Source of the DNA: Phaeosaccion multiseriatum
Lineage: Eukaryota; Protista; Ochrophyta, other classes
Reading direction: 5' to 3'
DNA length: 64,000 bases
Assembly (NCBI GenBank): GCA_965112735.1
Contig: OZ218957.1
Span: 1,984,001-2,048,000 of the forward strand
Shown here: positions 1 through 13,215 of the stretch, piece by piece
Layout of the letters: each line of letters begins with the position of its first letter
Position numbering within the stretch: the first letter of the stretch is position 1
Made by a program: the position numbers and the translations under genes
Notes under the pieces: model-generated
The model's input: the letters and a program-made list of their open reading frames with translations, nothing else
What the model was told of the DNA's origin: nothing
Databases searched by the model: none

Positions 1-1
1 G

Positions 2-1632
2 GACTACGGGAAGAACCACCACGGGAAGGAGAACATCACGACCATGCGAACCACGACCATGCGGAGCGAAGGAGAGAGGAGCAAGGGGACGAGGAAGAGA
101 ATGAGGTATACAGAGCGAGGAGGCGAAGAGCTAGGGTATGGGGGTGGGTGGCGTGGGTGGGACAATCGTGTCATGCGCGCAAGGCTGTGGTGGCTGGGCG
201 GGCTGGCTGCACAACGCAACAGTCTCGAGGGGGGAGAAGGAGGAGACGGAGGCGAGTCCTCGTCAGAAGCAGCAGCAGTGGCGGCGGAAAGGGCGTTACA
301 ATGCTTCCGGTGCTGTGTGGAGGAGTTGCGGGCGTCACAGTTGGCGAGTAAGAGCGAGACCGAGAAGACCCATCATGGCCGGGGTCAGGGTGGGGGTGGG
401 GGTGGGGGAGAGGCTGGAGTGGCTTTGATGCAGCCGCAGCAGCAGCAGCAGCAGCAGCAGGAGAAGGAGGACAAGAAGGGGGAGAAGGAAAAGGATGAGG
501 AACAGTGCTCTCCGTGGCAGCCGCAGTTGACCATCGCGATCCTCTCAGCACGAATTGCCGACCTAGAGGCGACCGTGTCAGGCCTTGCGAGGGTATCGGC
601 CTTTGCAGAGGTGCTGGGGAAGGCCAGAGAGTACAGCGAGCGACAGGCGCAGCTGCGGCAGTTGGTGATTCAGCGGCAGCGGCAACAACGGCAGAGGGCG
701 GTGGCTCAAGGGCAAGGGCCGGGGCAGGGGCAGGGTCAGCAGCGGGAGGGGGGGGGGGAGGACGAGGAGGAGAAGAAGGAGGACGAAGACGAAGAGGAGG
801 AGACGGAGGAAGAGGAAGAGGAGGAGGAGACGGAGGAGCAGGAGGAGGGATTGCCCGCCGACCTCCGTGAGCGGCTTGGAACCATGCTGGCGACGCTGGA
901 GAAGAGGTTCCTAAGGAGGGTCCGGACCACACAGAGAGACAGAGAGAGCGACAGAGGACAGGGACAGGGAGGAGCGTCGTCGTCGTCTTCAGCGGCCGCA
1001 GCTCGAGCAGGGGGAGGAGGTGTAGGGGGCGGCAGTACTGAACAAGGCGCTGGTGGTGGTAGTGGCGGCGGTGGAAGAGAAGGCGGAGGTGAAGAGGGCG
1101 AGACAGAGATAGAAACAGAGACAGAGACAGGCTTCACCACCGTGCTGCAGCTCGTGAAGGGCAAGGAGAAGGACCTGCTATGCGGGTGGCTGGAGGACTC
1201 TGATGCCGGTCTTAGGCGCCTCCAGCAGCTCGCCATCACCGCCACTGCAGCGGCCAATACCGCCGCATCTACTTCCGCGCGTACCTTATCTATCTCCTAC
1301 TCCCCCTCTTCTTCTAGTGGTGGCGGTGGGGGGGGTGGTGGGAGGGGGGTGAAGAGGAGCTTAAACCAGCAGCATCAGCAGCAGCAACAGTTGGTGATAC
1401 ACCAGGACCTGGTCATGGAAGACTCCTCCGCCTTCGCCATGCTCGTGCGCTGTGCGTGGCTGCTGGATCGCCTCGACGTGTGTCTGACCGCCGTGCTGGG
1501 CGTGTTGATTCCTGTGCTGCGGGGCCACTGGGCTGCCATCGACGGGCTGGTGGGAGGCCAGCAGCAGGAGAAGCTGCGCACTCCCCTCATTGAGTTTTTA
1601 TCCTCCACTTTGTTCATGCTCTTGCAGCGGGC

Positions 1633-1664
<32 letters not shown>

Positions 1665-4600
1665 TGGTGATTCGGCAGCGGCAGAGGCGGCGGCAGCAGG
1701 AGCAAGAGAGTACCCGTGGGGCGTCAGAGACCCCCGTGACTGTGGCGGCCCTCCCTCTGCGCCAGACTCTGCGGTGCCTGGAGCAGCTGCTGCACTTTGC
1801 CTCGGAGGGGGAGAGTGCCATCGTACTCGCGCAGGCCCTATACGGTATGAAGGTACTGCTCCTGTCTTTCCCCCGGGGGCTACTCCCGTCTCTCCCCCAG
1901 GCGGCACTGCGGACTGCTTGCTCCGAGGGGGCTTCCGAGTCGAGGAGGAGCGGCGGCGGCGGCGGCGAGGTCTGTCCCGAGCTTGCGGTGAGAGTGGCGC
2001 TTGCTCGGCGAATGTTTCGCGCCCTGTGCGCCAGTCTCATTGAGCGAGGGGCTCTTCTGGACCCGTCGGCCGCTGCTGCCCGCGGTGGTAAAGGAAGCAA
2101 GCACCTCAAGGACCTCCTCCTCCACGCGAACAATAATAACGCCACGAGTGTGCGAGAAGGCGTGAGGAGCATGGAGAGACGGGCCCTCTTTGCAGAGTGC
2201 GCTGCCAGGGAGGCGGTGGGCCTCGTTGAGCTGTTGGAGGCGGGCCGTACCACCAACACCGGCACACCATTGGTGGAGCCGTGGTTGTCTCGTGCAGAGT
2301 TTGAGCTCCTACTCAGTAAGCTTATCATCGTCTTTCGGAGTAAGCACGCCAAGCTACCGGCAACAAAGAGTACCCTGAGCTTTGCAGCAGCAGCAGCAGC
2401 GGTAGCAGCAGCAGTTGGTGATACAGCTCTGGACGCCGGTGTCGAGGCAGCGTTCTCAGCAGCAGCAGTTGGTGATACATCGTTAGGGGCGGGGCCGGGA
2501 CCGCGGAGCACGGGGAGGCTCATGGCAATGTACTTGCTCGTGCGTATCGGCCTCACAGACGGCACCTACGATGATCGTTCGCCAGTTGGTGACACAGCGA
2601 GCGACGACGACCTGTTGTCCGAAGTGTCGGTGGTGGGGAGGCGGATCGGCCTGCTGGAGGTGGCCCACGCTCAGCTGGGTATGCCTCTCGAGGCAGGGTG
2701 TGTGGGTGAGGGAGGGGGAGGTGGAGGAGCAGGGGGGGCAGGTGCACCAGGAGGAGGTGGAGGAGGAGGAGCAGCAGCTGTATCAGGAGGAGGAGGATCA
2801 GAAGCAGCAGGAGGAGGAGCAGTTGGTGATACAGCAGGAGGAGGACCTGCTTCTGGAGGCGTTGGCGCCAGTGTGAATGGAGGTGGGGGCGGGGTGGCTC
2901 CGGGGGCGGGCGGAGGAGGAGTGTGTGGCGATGGAGCGGGGGTCTTTCTCCACACTGCGTTGAAGTACCTCCGCCGACTCGATGTGCGGCGAGCGGTGTC
3001 CCGACCTCCCCTACTGCGGCTCAGTCATCGTGCTGCTGTATCACCAACTCCCGTGGCTGCTGCAGGGGCAGACGAAGACACAGTAAGCAGCACTAGTACG
3101 GTACTGCAGCCTTCGCAAGACGGCTCCGCGACGGCGACTGAGCAAGAGGAGGAGGAGGAGGAGGAGGGGGCAGAGGGAGGCGACTTCACTCAGATGGAGG
3201 AGGAGGAGGAGGAGGAGGAGGAGGAGGGGCTGGAGGAAGGGGGGGAGGAGGGGAAGGAAGAGGAGCAGGAGAAGGGAGGTGTGGCGGGGCTGAGTCAGTT
3301 GGACGACACTGCCTCCCAACAAGGACCAGGTCAAGCCCAACAAGGGCCAGGTGAGGCCTCTTATGATCTGTGTCTTTCGCAAGGGCAGAGTATCAAACCC
3401 TGGAACTGTCTTCTGCCCTCGCCCTGCCTGTCCTGCCTGTCTGCCTGCCTGCCTGTCTGCCTGCCCCCCCCTCCCCGTCAGCCGGCCTGCATGCATGAGT
3501 GAATGAACGAATGCGCTCCTTCAGTACATGCATCCCCTCCTGTGCTTGCTCAGCCTCCTCCTCTCTGACCATTATTCCCTCTGCCTTCCTCCTCCTCCTC
3601 CTCCTCCTCCTCCTCCTCCTCCTCCTCCTCCTCCTCCTCCTCCTCCTCCTCCTCCTCCTCCTCCTCCTCCTCCTCCTCCTCCTCCTCCCCACAATGTCTT
3701 GCTTCCTTGTCCTTCCCTCTCCCCTCCCCTCAATGTGCTTATGATCGTACCCTTCCCTTCCTGCCCCTTGCCATGCGAGCAGCAACAGTAGCAGCAGCAG
3801 CAGGAGGAGCAGCAATAGTTGGTGATACAGCACGCCAGAGAGAGGAGGAGGAGGAGGAGGAGGAGGAGGAGGAGGAGGAGGAGGAGGAGAAGAAGAAGAA
3901 GGAGGAAGAGGAGGAAGAGGAGGAGGAGGAGCAGCGAAGATGGGCTCTGGGGCGGCGGGCAGAGGCGGTCCTCGCACAGTGCCACAAGTGCCTCTATGAC
4001 GTCACTCCGCCGCACCCCGCTGTGGCCGAACACCTCTCCTCCGCTCCGTCCGCCGGGAGGAAGGGGGGGCAGCGTCCAGAGCAGCAGCAGCAGGGCCAGC
4101 AGCAGGGCCAGCAGCTGCTGATGCAGTTGCCGGTGGAGGGCCGGCATCGAAGGCCAAGGTGGGGAAGGACGTGTGTGGGTGTGTGAAATTGCCAATGGCC
4201 AACGCCGCAGCTGTTGTGATGGGAGTGAGAGTGGGAGTGGGGGGGCGGTCATGAGTTATGTGTGCCTGGTTCGCAGCACTCTTTTACGTCCATCCATCGT
4301 CTTTGCCTTGCTCAATCTCGTCCGTCTTAACCTCCTCTCCCCACTTCGCCCCCCGCTTGCCTGCCGTCTATTCAATCCCCCCCCCTCTCCCTCTCTCCTT
4401 GTCTCTCTCCCTCCGTCCCTCCGTTCCTCCCTCCCTTCCTTCCTCCCTCCCTCTCTTCTCTCCCTTTCTTCCTCCCTCCCTCTCTCCACTACTCTACACC
4501 ATATGGTGTTGGTGTGATGGCCGGTCTTACGCAGTGGGGCAGAGGCTGCGGAAGTGTTCCTCAGTTGGCGACGACGACTGGCCCGACCGGATGAGTACTC

Positions 4601-6898
4601 GTTCAAGGCCAAGCGGGGCGATGCCACTCGCCTACTCGGGTTTGTGGCTTCGGCCGCCTCCTTCTCACACCCGCCGGAGAATACCTTCTCGAGAGGTGCA
4701 GGAGGATAGAGAGAGGGGAAGAGGGGGGGGGAAGGGAGGGATGAGACCTCTCCCCACTTCATCTCATTTCATCTCATCTCATCTCACCTCACCTCAGTCT
4801 CGTCCCTCTCTCCCCCTCCCCTCCCCTCCCCTCACCTCACCTCACCTCGCGCTTGTGTCCGTCCCTTTCTGTTGCACCTTTTTTGTCTGCCGCCACACAC
4901 ACACACACACGCACGCACGCACGCACGCACTCACCCACGCACGCACTCACAGCTCTGGAGAGCTTCTTATTCTCGCCCTTCTCGGGCCGCTTAGAGACGC
5001 TCGTAGGGGAGGATGTGCCACAGAGCCTTGCGAGTGCAGTGGCGGTGCCTTCTGCTGCGGTGGGGGGTGCGGTAGGGACGACAGGAACAGAAGGAGGGTC
5101 TCAGCTCCAGCACAGGCGGGGACAGAGGGAGAGAGAGGGAGGGCTGGAGGGAGTGGGAGAGGAGGCCTTTGTGGATCTCTCCCACTTGGGCCTGAGCGAC
5201 GCCGCCAAGACAGACAAGGTATTCCACTCCCTCTACCACCTCCTGCTGGAGTACTCGCCCCCCGCCCGTCTAGGGGGTAGGAGAGGAACGAGCGAGCGTC
5301 TCGATGCGAGGAAGAGGGAAGAGTTCGAGGAGAGCACGCAAAGAAGCATCCTTCTCGCCCTGTGGGACTTGCGTTTCGAGCCAAGCCGCCTCTCCAGTTG
5401 GCAGCGCCTCTCCGCCAGCGTCATGAACGTAAGGGATTTGTGTACGTAGTTAGTTAGTAAGTTAGGGCGCTTGTAGAGTGTAGTGTAGTCAGGTTGGTGG
5501 GTGGATGGTTGGTTGGTGGATGGGTGGGTGGGTGGGTGGATGGTTCGGTTGGTTGGTTTGGGGGTTTAGTTGGATGTTTGGTTGGTTGGTCGGTTGGGTA
5601 AGTTGGTTACTGAGTATGTACGTTTGCAGGATTATGTAGTATGGTTGGGGGTTGGGTGGTAAGATATGTACACCTTATCACTTACGTAAGTCCGTCTTTC
5701 CTCTCATCTCCTTCGATCTTGCCCCCCTCCCCTCCCCTCCCTTTCGTTTGCTTGCTGCAACAGTTGGTGCTGTTCTACATGGACAGCTTCCCCCCCTGTG
5801 GTCACACCAGCGTCGTGTGTATTCCCCCCCTCACCACCAGCAGCAGCAGCAGCGACTCTGGAGCTATGATGGCAGCACGTGACCCTGCCATATCACCAAC
5901 TACTGCGCTTGTTGGTCGGTATCGCCCCACCGCACTGGCCACTCTCGGCCAGGACGTGCCCTCCTATCTATCGGTGTTTGTCAAGGGCCCCACTGCCGTG
6001 CAGCTGCCGTTGAATGAAGGCAATGGGCAGAGGCAAGGGGCCGCTCGAGCCGCTCTCCAGGCCGCGTTGGAGGGCAGTCTAGACGAGCAATCCTTGCCGG
6101 AGACGCTACGGCCTCTCAGGCAGCAGATGATGAGAGAGCAGCAAGGACACCTCATGCGGCAGCAAAGGCAACAGCAGCAGCACCGCCACCACCACCACCA
6201 CCATCACCACCACCAAGGGAAGGACAAAGAAAACGAGGAGGAGCGCGTTGGAGGAGCAAGAGAGGCAGCAGCAGCAGGAGGAGGAGGAGGGGGGGGGGGC
6301 AGTGCGCTCCAAAGAGTGGCCCCTTCGCATTGCTCTTCCTCTCCAGGGGGGCTGGCTTTTGATGCGACTGGCGCCGCGGCTGCAGCTACGGCTGGCGTGG
6401 GTACAGGCCTGGATGCGGGCGTAGGTGCGGGCGTGGGTGCGGGCGTGAGGGTTACAGCTGCACCGAGCAGCCACAAGACGAGTAAGGTCCACGTGTGGCC
6501 TTATGAGGAGTGGGGGGACGCCTGGGGACATGGCGCGGTTGTGGGGGTGGCTCGCATCGCCGAGAGATGCTTTGCACTATGGTCGACTGCAGCAGAGGCG
6601 GCACAAGAGAAAGCCACAACCCCAGAGGCGAGGAGAGAGGCCAAAAGACACCGCATCGAGAGCTACAAGATGGATGCGATGCTGACATACACGGTGGCCA
6701 GAGATGTTGTGCTAACGGAGGAGGATGGCAGCCGAAGGGGGAGGAGGAGGAGGAAGGGATCGAGTGGCGGTGAGGACGACGAGGAGGAGGAGGAGGAGGA
6801 GGAGGAGGAGGAGGAGAGGGAGGGGGGCGGGGGAGACACCGCCGCGGCGTATGGGAGAGGGAGCGGAGGCAATGGATGGGTGGAGGCCCGCCGAGAGC

Positions 6899-6936
<38 letters not shown>

Positions 6937-8952
6937 CAAGGGGGACAGAGAGGGCAAGGAGGAAGGGGAAGTGTGGTCTCTGGTGTGAGTGGTGTGAGGG
7001 ACGATGACAACAATGCTGCGGTGGCGGAGTCTCTGTATCGCAAGGCCCTGGACATTGCGCAGCTCGCGTGTAGCTTGGACAAAGCACCGACGTTCACACT
7101 CGGAGAAGAGAGGGAAGGGGGTGGAGGAGGAGGAGGAGGAGGAGGAGGAGGAGGAGGAGGAGGAGGAGGAGGAGGAGGAGGAGGAGGAGGAGGAAGAGGA
7201 GGAGGAGGAGGAGGAGGAAGAGGAGGAGGAGGAGGAGGAGGAGGAGGAGGAGGAGGAGGAGCATCTCTTTCTTCGTCGTCGCCGCACGGTGGGGCGGGTG
7301 CACACGTGGAGGGGGCACGGGCAGGGGCCTTGCATGGGGCAGGGCCCTTGCATGGGACAGGGGCAGGGCTGGACTGGCGGGACTGGCAGCTGAGCTTTCT
7401 TGTGGCCAAGCTGTCTGCCAAAGCGGGCAAGCCCCTGAAGCAAGTCCTAACCAAGTACGCCAGCGCCTTTGCTCTCGCCTATAGGGGGCACGACGAAAGC
7501 ACCCCGGGGAGGGCGGGGGGGCGGACCCCGGGGGGCGTCAGCAGCTTCGCAGGCACCGAAGGCGATAGCAGCAGCGGTGGTGGCGGCGGCGGCGGCGGCG
7601 GTGGCAGTGGTGTTGGTGGTGGTGGTGGCGGTGGCAGTGGTGGTGGTGGTGGTGGACCTCAATGTGGGGTGGGGGCGGTGGGGGGCGTGGTGGGGGGAGG
7701 CGGTGGAGACACAGAGGATGTGGTGTATACGCTCTATCACCTGCACAGTGCACGGGCAAAGGCGCTCATCCGAGACCTGCAACGAGAGGAGAAGGAGGGG
7801 AGAGATCAAGAGAATGCTGCTGCTGCTGCTGCTTTGTCTCGGAAGACTACTCTGGACCTGCTCGACATTCTCGAGAGATTCCCCTTTGAGGGGGACGGGA
7901 GCGCCGCTGTCAGCGGCGGTGGTCGACAAGGCAGACGCAGAGGCGACAGCGAAGGAGTACGAGTTGGTGCTTCGGACGAAGAAGATGACGACGACGGCAG
8001 CGACGAGCAAGACGCCGATGCTGGTGTATCACCAACTGCTGGTTCAGCGGTTGGTGTTGTTGCTAGCGCTGTCAGTGGTGGTGCTGCTGGTGCTGCCGGC
8101 GGAGCAGTGGGCGAAGGCCGAGTGGAAGAAGAAGACGTCTGCGGCGCTCGCTGTGCGGCAGAGCCGCAGCAGCAGCCGCCGCAGTTGGTGAGTCACCAGC
8201 AGTTGGGGACCCACCAGCCCCCCCAACCTGCTGGGGGGGTAGCTGTAGCTGGCAGTGCGCCGCTGTCGGTGGCGGAGAGGCGCCTTGCCGTGCTCGAGAA
8301 TTGTCTTGAGGCCATGGAGGAATGCTCTCGCCTCAGCAAATGGTTCCACAGGGCCGTCTATCGCCACGCATGGTGCCTTCTGCACGGGGAGGAGATTCAC
8401 AGGAGGGCGGCGACTCAGGTGAAGCAGCAGCAGTTAGTGATACGTCAGCAGCAGCGGCAGCAGCCGAAAGAGCAAGAGCAAGAGGAAAAGGAGGTGGAGG
8501 AGCAGCGGGAGTATGGGCGGAAAGCAGCGCTAGCGGTCGTGTCTCGCTTGTTTGAGCACAAGAGAGAGCAAGTGGTGTCTGTGTGGCTCAACGACAACCC
8601 CAAGGAGGCAAGCATGGAGCAGCTCGAGCACCGCAGGCGCAAGTTCAACCGAACTCGTCGTCGCTATCTGTCGCTGTACGTGGACTTGCTGGTCCTCACC
8701 AATGGTGAATCGGGGCTGAAGGGTCTGAAAAAGGTGCTGGGGTGGGCGAAGAGGTCGAGAGAGGCACGGGAGGTGGTGCAGCTCAAGGGTGGGCGGGTGT
8801 GTACTATTGCCTGGATGCAGCGCGAGGCAGTGGAGGGTATGCTAATCGTGCTTACTGCCAGGGTGAGCAGGGCAGCGGTTGGTGATCCACCATTTGTAGA
8901 GGGTGGTGGGGGGGGGACAGGGGAGAGTGATCAGGAGCAACAGCAACAACAA

Positions 8953-8989
<37 letters not shown>

Positions 8990-9775
8990 GGGAGGACGAG
9001 GACGAGGAGGACGATGAGGAAGAGGAGGAGGAGCAGGAGCAGGAGGAGGACCAGGACCAGGAGCAGGAGGACCAGGAGGAGGAGGAGGAGGAGGAGGAGG
9101 AGGAGCAGTTGGTGGTACAGCAGCAGCAGCACCAGCAGCAGCACTCCAAAGGCAGCAGCAGCAGCCAACGTGAGGAGAAGCTTGCCATCCTTAGCGATGT
9201 TTGGGATTTGTACCTGGTGTTAACCGAGGCGGCGCAGCGAGAAATGTACGACACTACCCTCCTCCTGAGACGCGCTGGAGCCCTCCTTACTACGGCCGCG
9301 GAGCTCTGTCAAGGGAGCGGCGAGGGTAGCGGCGGTGGTATGGGTGAGCAAGCAGGGCAAGCGGCCGCAGCAGTTGGTGATACAGCAGCAGTTGGCGATA
9401 CAGCAGCACCTCGTGATGCGGCAGCAGCAGCAGGAGCAGCAGCAGCAGCAGGCCTGGGTGGAGTGGCGGGGGCGGCGGGGGCGGCGGGGGCGGTGGGTGG
9501 GGTGGGTAAGGCGACGTCATTGGAGAGTGCTGTGGCCTTGTGCAGCGCTCTGTGGCCCAACAAGTGGGGCAGGGGCAAGATTGCTCGCTCCAAGCTCAAG
9601 CTCAAGAGGAAGGAGAGCACGGGAGGCGGGGGAGGGGGAGGGGGAAGCAGGGACAGCGCCACGGGGACTCTGAGACCACCGCAGGCCTTGCCATCTGCTG
9701 CTGCTGCTGTGGCTGTTGGTGGTCCGGTTGCCGCTCCGTCGAAGGTCGCAGGGGAGCTTGACCAGCAGCCACCTC

Positions 9776-9808
<33 letters not shown>

Positions 9809-9870
9809 AGCACGAACTCCAGATGCAGCAGCCAGGAGGAGCAGCAGAGGCGGTACACACTCGCCATTGA
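2..9870 (+). CDS. CABIN1: Calcineurin-binding protein 1 / HIRA-complex subunit (CABIN1/Hir3-like), multi-exon, 5' end outside window
   Basis: Frame open from base 2. Predicted exons ~2-3350, ~3783-4158, ~4535-4695, ~4952-5428, ~5764-9870 with GT-AG introns. Motifs in CABIN1 order: LLEVAHAQLG..CGDGAGVFLHTALKYL; VLAQCHKCLYDV; DWQLSFLVAKLSAK; LYHLHSARAKAL; CLEAMEECSRLSKWFHRAVYRHA; RKFNRTRRRYLSLYVDLL. Inflated by poly-E/G/Q/A runs. Confidence 0.75.
3586..3687. repeat. (CCT)n intronic microsatellite
   Basis: Uninterrupted CCT tract in the first visible CABIN1 intron; representative of dozens of SSRs (GGA, CAG, GGGA, CACT, GTAG, GACA, CA, GA, ATG, TTG) in the window. Confidence 0.95.
7123..7260 (+). 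repeat. (GGA)n coding microsatellite giving a ~45-residue poly-Gly run in CABIN1
   Basis: GGA tract with two AGA interruptions, in frame in ORF 5641..9870. Confidence 0.9.
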
Positions 9871-10164
9871 TACATCGGCAGAGAAGGCCGGCGCACACAT
9901 GATTTGGGGGGGGGTGGGGGGTGATGGAAGGAGGCGGAGAGAGGCAGCTGTGGGACAGCCACAGCAGTTGGGTGATGCTCTTTTTCGTGTGTCTTAACAT
10001 ATTATATTACTCACCTTTTTTAGTACGTAAAGCTGCATCTGCCTACTCGATGTGGGACGAAACAGACCATTATTTGGCATCGGGGTGGTCACTCACTTGC
10101 CCTTACGTTAACTAACTAGTACGTAAGGTGGGGGCCACGTACAAACCGGAACCTCAACGGAAAC

Positions 10165-10383
10165 CAGCCCTTGGTATACCACAGCCCTTGGCATACCACA
10201 GGCGGCAATCGGGTGAGCGCAGCGAAACTCAGGTCGACCTCCAGGCGGGGCAGGCCTGACTCTTTTCATTGTCGTAGTAGGAGGGCAGCTGCCTCGATAT
10301 CAGGCGGAGCAGGCCTGACTCTTTTCATTGTCGTATTAGGAGGGCTTGACTCTATTTATCGTTGTCTTACGAGGCAGCTGCCC
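10165..10383. repeat. Intergenic tandem duplications (17-bp x2 and 59-bp period x2 plus a degenerate third copy)
   Basis: cagcccttggYatacca at 10165 and 10182; caggcggRgcaggcctgactcttttcattgtcgtaKtaggagggc at 10242 and 10301; partial copy at ~10347-10383. Confidence 0.85.
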
Positions 10384-10613
10384 TCCTCCCTTTGCCTCCT
10401 TCCCATGATGGGGTGGGGTGAGGCAGTCTTCTTGCGTGCAGCTTCCACGCTCCTCCTCCTCGTCGTCCTCCTCCTTCGCTTTGTTGCTACGTCAGCGAGG
10501 TGGGTAATACAGCTTCAGTCGCCAGAAGGAACAGGCCGCGGGCGGGCTGATTGCGCTAGGTCAGGAGAGAAGATAATCCCTCGGTGGAGGCCCTCAGAGG
10601 GGGATAAGAGAGA

Positions 10614-10676
<63 letters not shown>

Positions 10677-10921
10677 GGGGACGGGGGGAGAGGGTAGGGA
10701 CAGGAGCAGGAAGAAAAGAGAAGCGGAAGGGCGAAGGTGCACCAACACGGCCACGGGGGCGGCGGGTCTACAGGGCAGCCCGCACCCCCCCTCCTACAGC
10801 GGTTGGTACTCCAATGGACAGGGTAAGCAGCTTCCCCTCCCTGGCCTACAGAGGTGGCGCATAGGGTAGGAGAGAGTGATGCCAAAGCGCCCGTGTGGGC
10901 GCGAGTCTTGTTCGGCGAGCT

Positions 10922-13085
10922 TTACGCTGACACGTGGAAGACTTTGGCCACGCGCAGAGGGGACGGGGATGACAGAGGAAACAGAGGGGGTACAGGAGGA
11001 GGCAAAGCGGAGCTCTGGAGGGTGTCCTGTAGCATCAGGCTATGAACAAACGCATTCAGTGCCACCATGGCCTGCACCAGACCTCCTCCTCCTCCTCCTC
11101 CTCCCCCTTCTCCTCCTCCTCCTCCTCCTCCTCCTCCCCCTTCTCCTCCTTCTCCTCCTCCTCCTCCTCCTCCTCCTCCTCCTCCTCCTCCTCCTCCTCC
11201 TCCTCCTCCTTCTCCTCCTCCTCCTCCTCCTCCTCCTCCTCCTCCTACTGCTGCTGCTGCTGCTCCGGACGAAGGAGAGGAAGGAGACGAAGACAAGGCT
11301 CCTCCGCACAATGAGGGGGTCCGTGGAAAGACAGCCAGCTCGGAGAGGATCGGATCCCCTCCCGGCAGGGGGTCGAGGAAGCCCGTCACATAGGCCGGTG
11401 ACACGTGGTGACAGCACGACGGGTGACAGAGAGAAGTGGAAGAGGCAACACGCCCGCCCCCCTCCCCCCCTCCCCCTGCTCCTCCTCGAAGCTGCAGCAC
11501 CACAACGGTTGACATAAAGGCGAGATACCGGAGTGCAAGGAGGCGCTGTCGAGCAAAGTCCCAAGCAGAGTCGTCTGTGGCGGCTCTGATCGCAAAGGCC
11601 ACTTCCAGCGCGAGCAGACGGGCCAGTGGAGGGGCCTCTGCTGCTGCTACTGCTGCTGCTGTATCACCAACTGCTGCGGATGGAGTGACAGCCGCAAGCA
11701 AGGCTTCAGCTGAGAGCGCGGGTAGGTTGCCGCCCTCGCCCTCGCCCTCGCCTTCTTCTTCGTTGCCGCCGTGGTCGTTGTGGTTATCGTAGTCGTCGTC
11801 GTCCTCACAGAAATGTGCCAAGCTCGCATCGTAGTGACGCTCTGCTGCCCCGATCCACTCATCCCAGTCGCAGCAGGCCTCCGAGTGGCCGATACTCTTC
11901 ATGTGATGAGGCGTTAGCAGCATGAGCATTGCCTGGATGACAAAGCGGCGATAGCTCCACAGACTCTCGTGGGCAGGGTACATGCACAGCAGTTGCTCCA
12001 AGAGGGAGAGCTCGCTGGTGAGGAGAGTCACAGCACCCCCTCTTTCCTTCCTTCCCTCCTCCTCTTCGCTCTCCTCCTCCTGGAGGATGGCCGCAACGAG
12101 GAGGCGACACACGTTCTCCCTGTGGTTCAAAGCAGAGTGGTCTGACACATGCGTCCGCAGCCAGTCTTGCACGAAGGCCATCTCATCGGCTAGGACGCGG
12201 CGCCGCTCCTCGGCACCCGCAGCAGTTGGTGATACAGCAGCACCGCGGCAGAGATACTGCTTAACGATCCAGAAGCGGTGCGTCCAAGCGTAGTAGTTTT
12301 TGGGGTACAGCTCTGCCACCCGCTGACACAGGCCAAGCTCACGGAGGAGAGACTTCGCATCAAACGTGAAACCGGTGGTTTGTATTTGCGCCTGCGCGTG
12401 CTTTTCCTGTTGCCCTACCCCGCCGAGTCTCTGCATCCAGCACCAGCGGCGGTGTGCCCACGCGTTGGTGCTCTTGGAGTGCTTCGTAAAGAGTAGGTCC
12501 AGCAGCCTCAGCTCATCCTCCACGGTCGCGGCTCCTGCGATCACGGCCTCCTTTCGTGCGTTCCAGGCCGCCCCGTTGTCGGCATTGACGAGCAAGAGCG
12601 CACGAGAAGCACTCAAGAGGCGAGCATGCGAACATTCCTCTGCACCTGCTGCCGCTCCTGCTGCCGCTCCTGCTGCTGCTGCTGCTGCCGCAACCTCTCT
12701 GACAGCATGTACTTGTCCTCTCGCTGTGGCAAAGGCAGCCCTCGCCTCCGTAATGAGCTCGTGCAGCCTGTCCGCATAGACGCCCAGCTTGTGCGCTTGG
12801 CACACAAAGGCTGGGCCACCGCCTACCTCGTCGCCGCTGGAGAAAACAACTCCCAGCTCATCACTGCAAGCAAAGTCATGGACGTTTTGGTTGGGAAAAG
12901 AGCATACGCGACTTAACTTTAACCTATGCCCATCCTCTCGTGATCACGTCTGTCGTCAGTGTGCTGAGGACTGAGCTGCAAAGGGAGTGCTGAGAAGGGC
13001 TTGAGCGAGAATGTACGTACATGAAGGGGTCCTTCGAGAAGATGATGTCCAGCTGCTCCAGCAGTGGCAGCGACCCCGCCATCAT
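10922..13085 (-). CDS. PTAR1: Protein prenyltransferase alpha subunit repeat-containing protein (GGTase-III alpha, PTAR1-like)
   Basis: Exon 1 13085-13021 (MMAGSLPLLEQLDIIFSKDPFI), GT-AG intron 13020-12864, then DELGVV..HKLGV. PPTA repeats LLVNADNGAAWNARK, HSKSTNAWAHRRW, YPKNYYAWTHRFW, HVSDHSALNHRE, YPAHESLWSYRRF. The 3' end is low-complexity and uncertain. Confidence 0.85.
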
Positions 13086-13215
13086 CACATCACAGCCGTG
13101 TCATTATGTACATTCTTGGTTGTGGCTTTTTTCTTTTTTTCTTTTTTTTTTCTTTTCCAAATAATCCATACTCTGTGAATCATGGAGCACCAACCCTCCT
13201 CATTTTTTGAGTCGC
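13086..13215. promoter_or_regulatory. Candidate compact bidirectional promoter (PTAR1 / PPR-SAP)
   Basis: 130 bp between divergent ATGs, containing a T-rich tract at ~13127-13156 in otherwise GC-rich DNA. Confidence 0.55.

Noticed and set aside
1391-1399. TATCACC half-site similarity of the dispersed word to the phage lambda operator
   Set aside because: Only 7 bp, with no operator symmetry and no phage context; coincidental.
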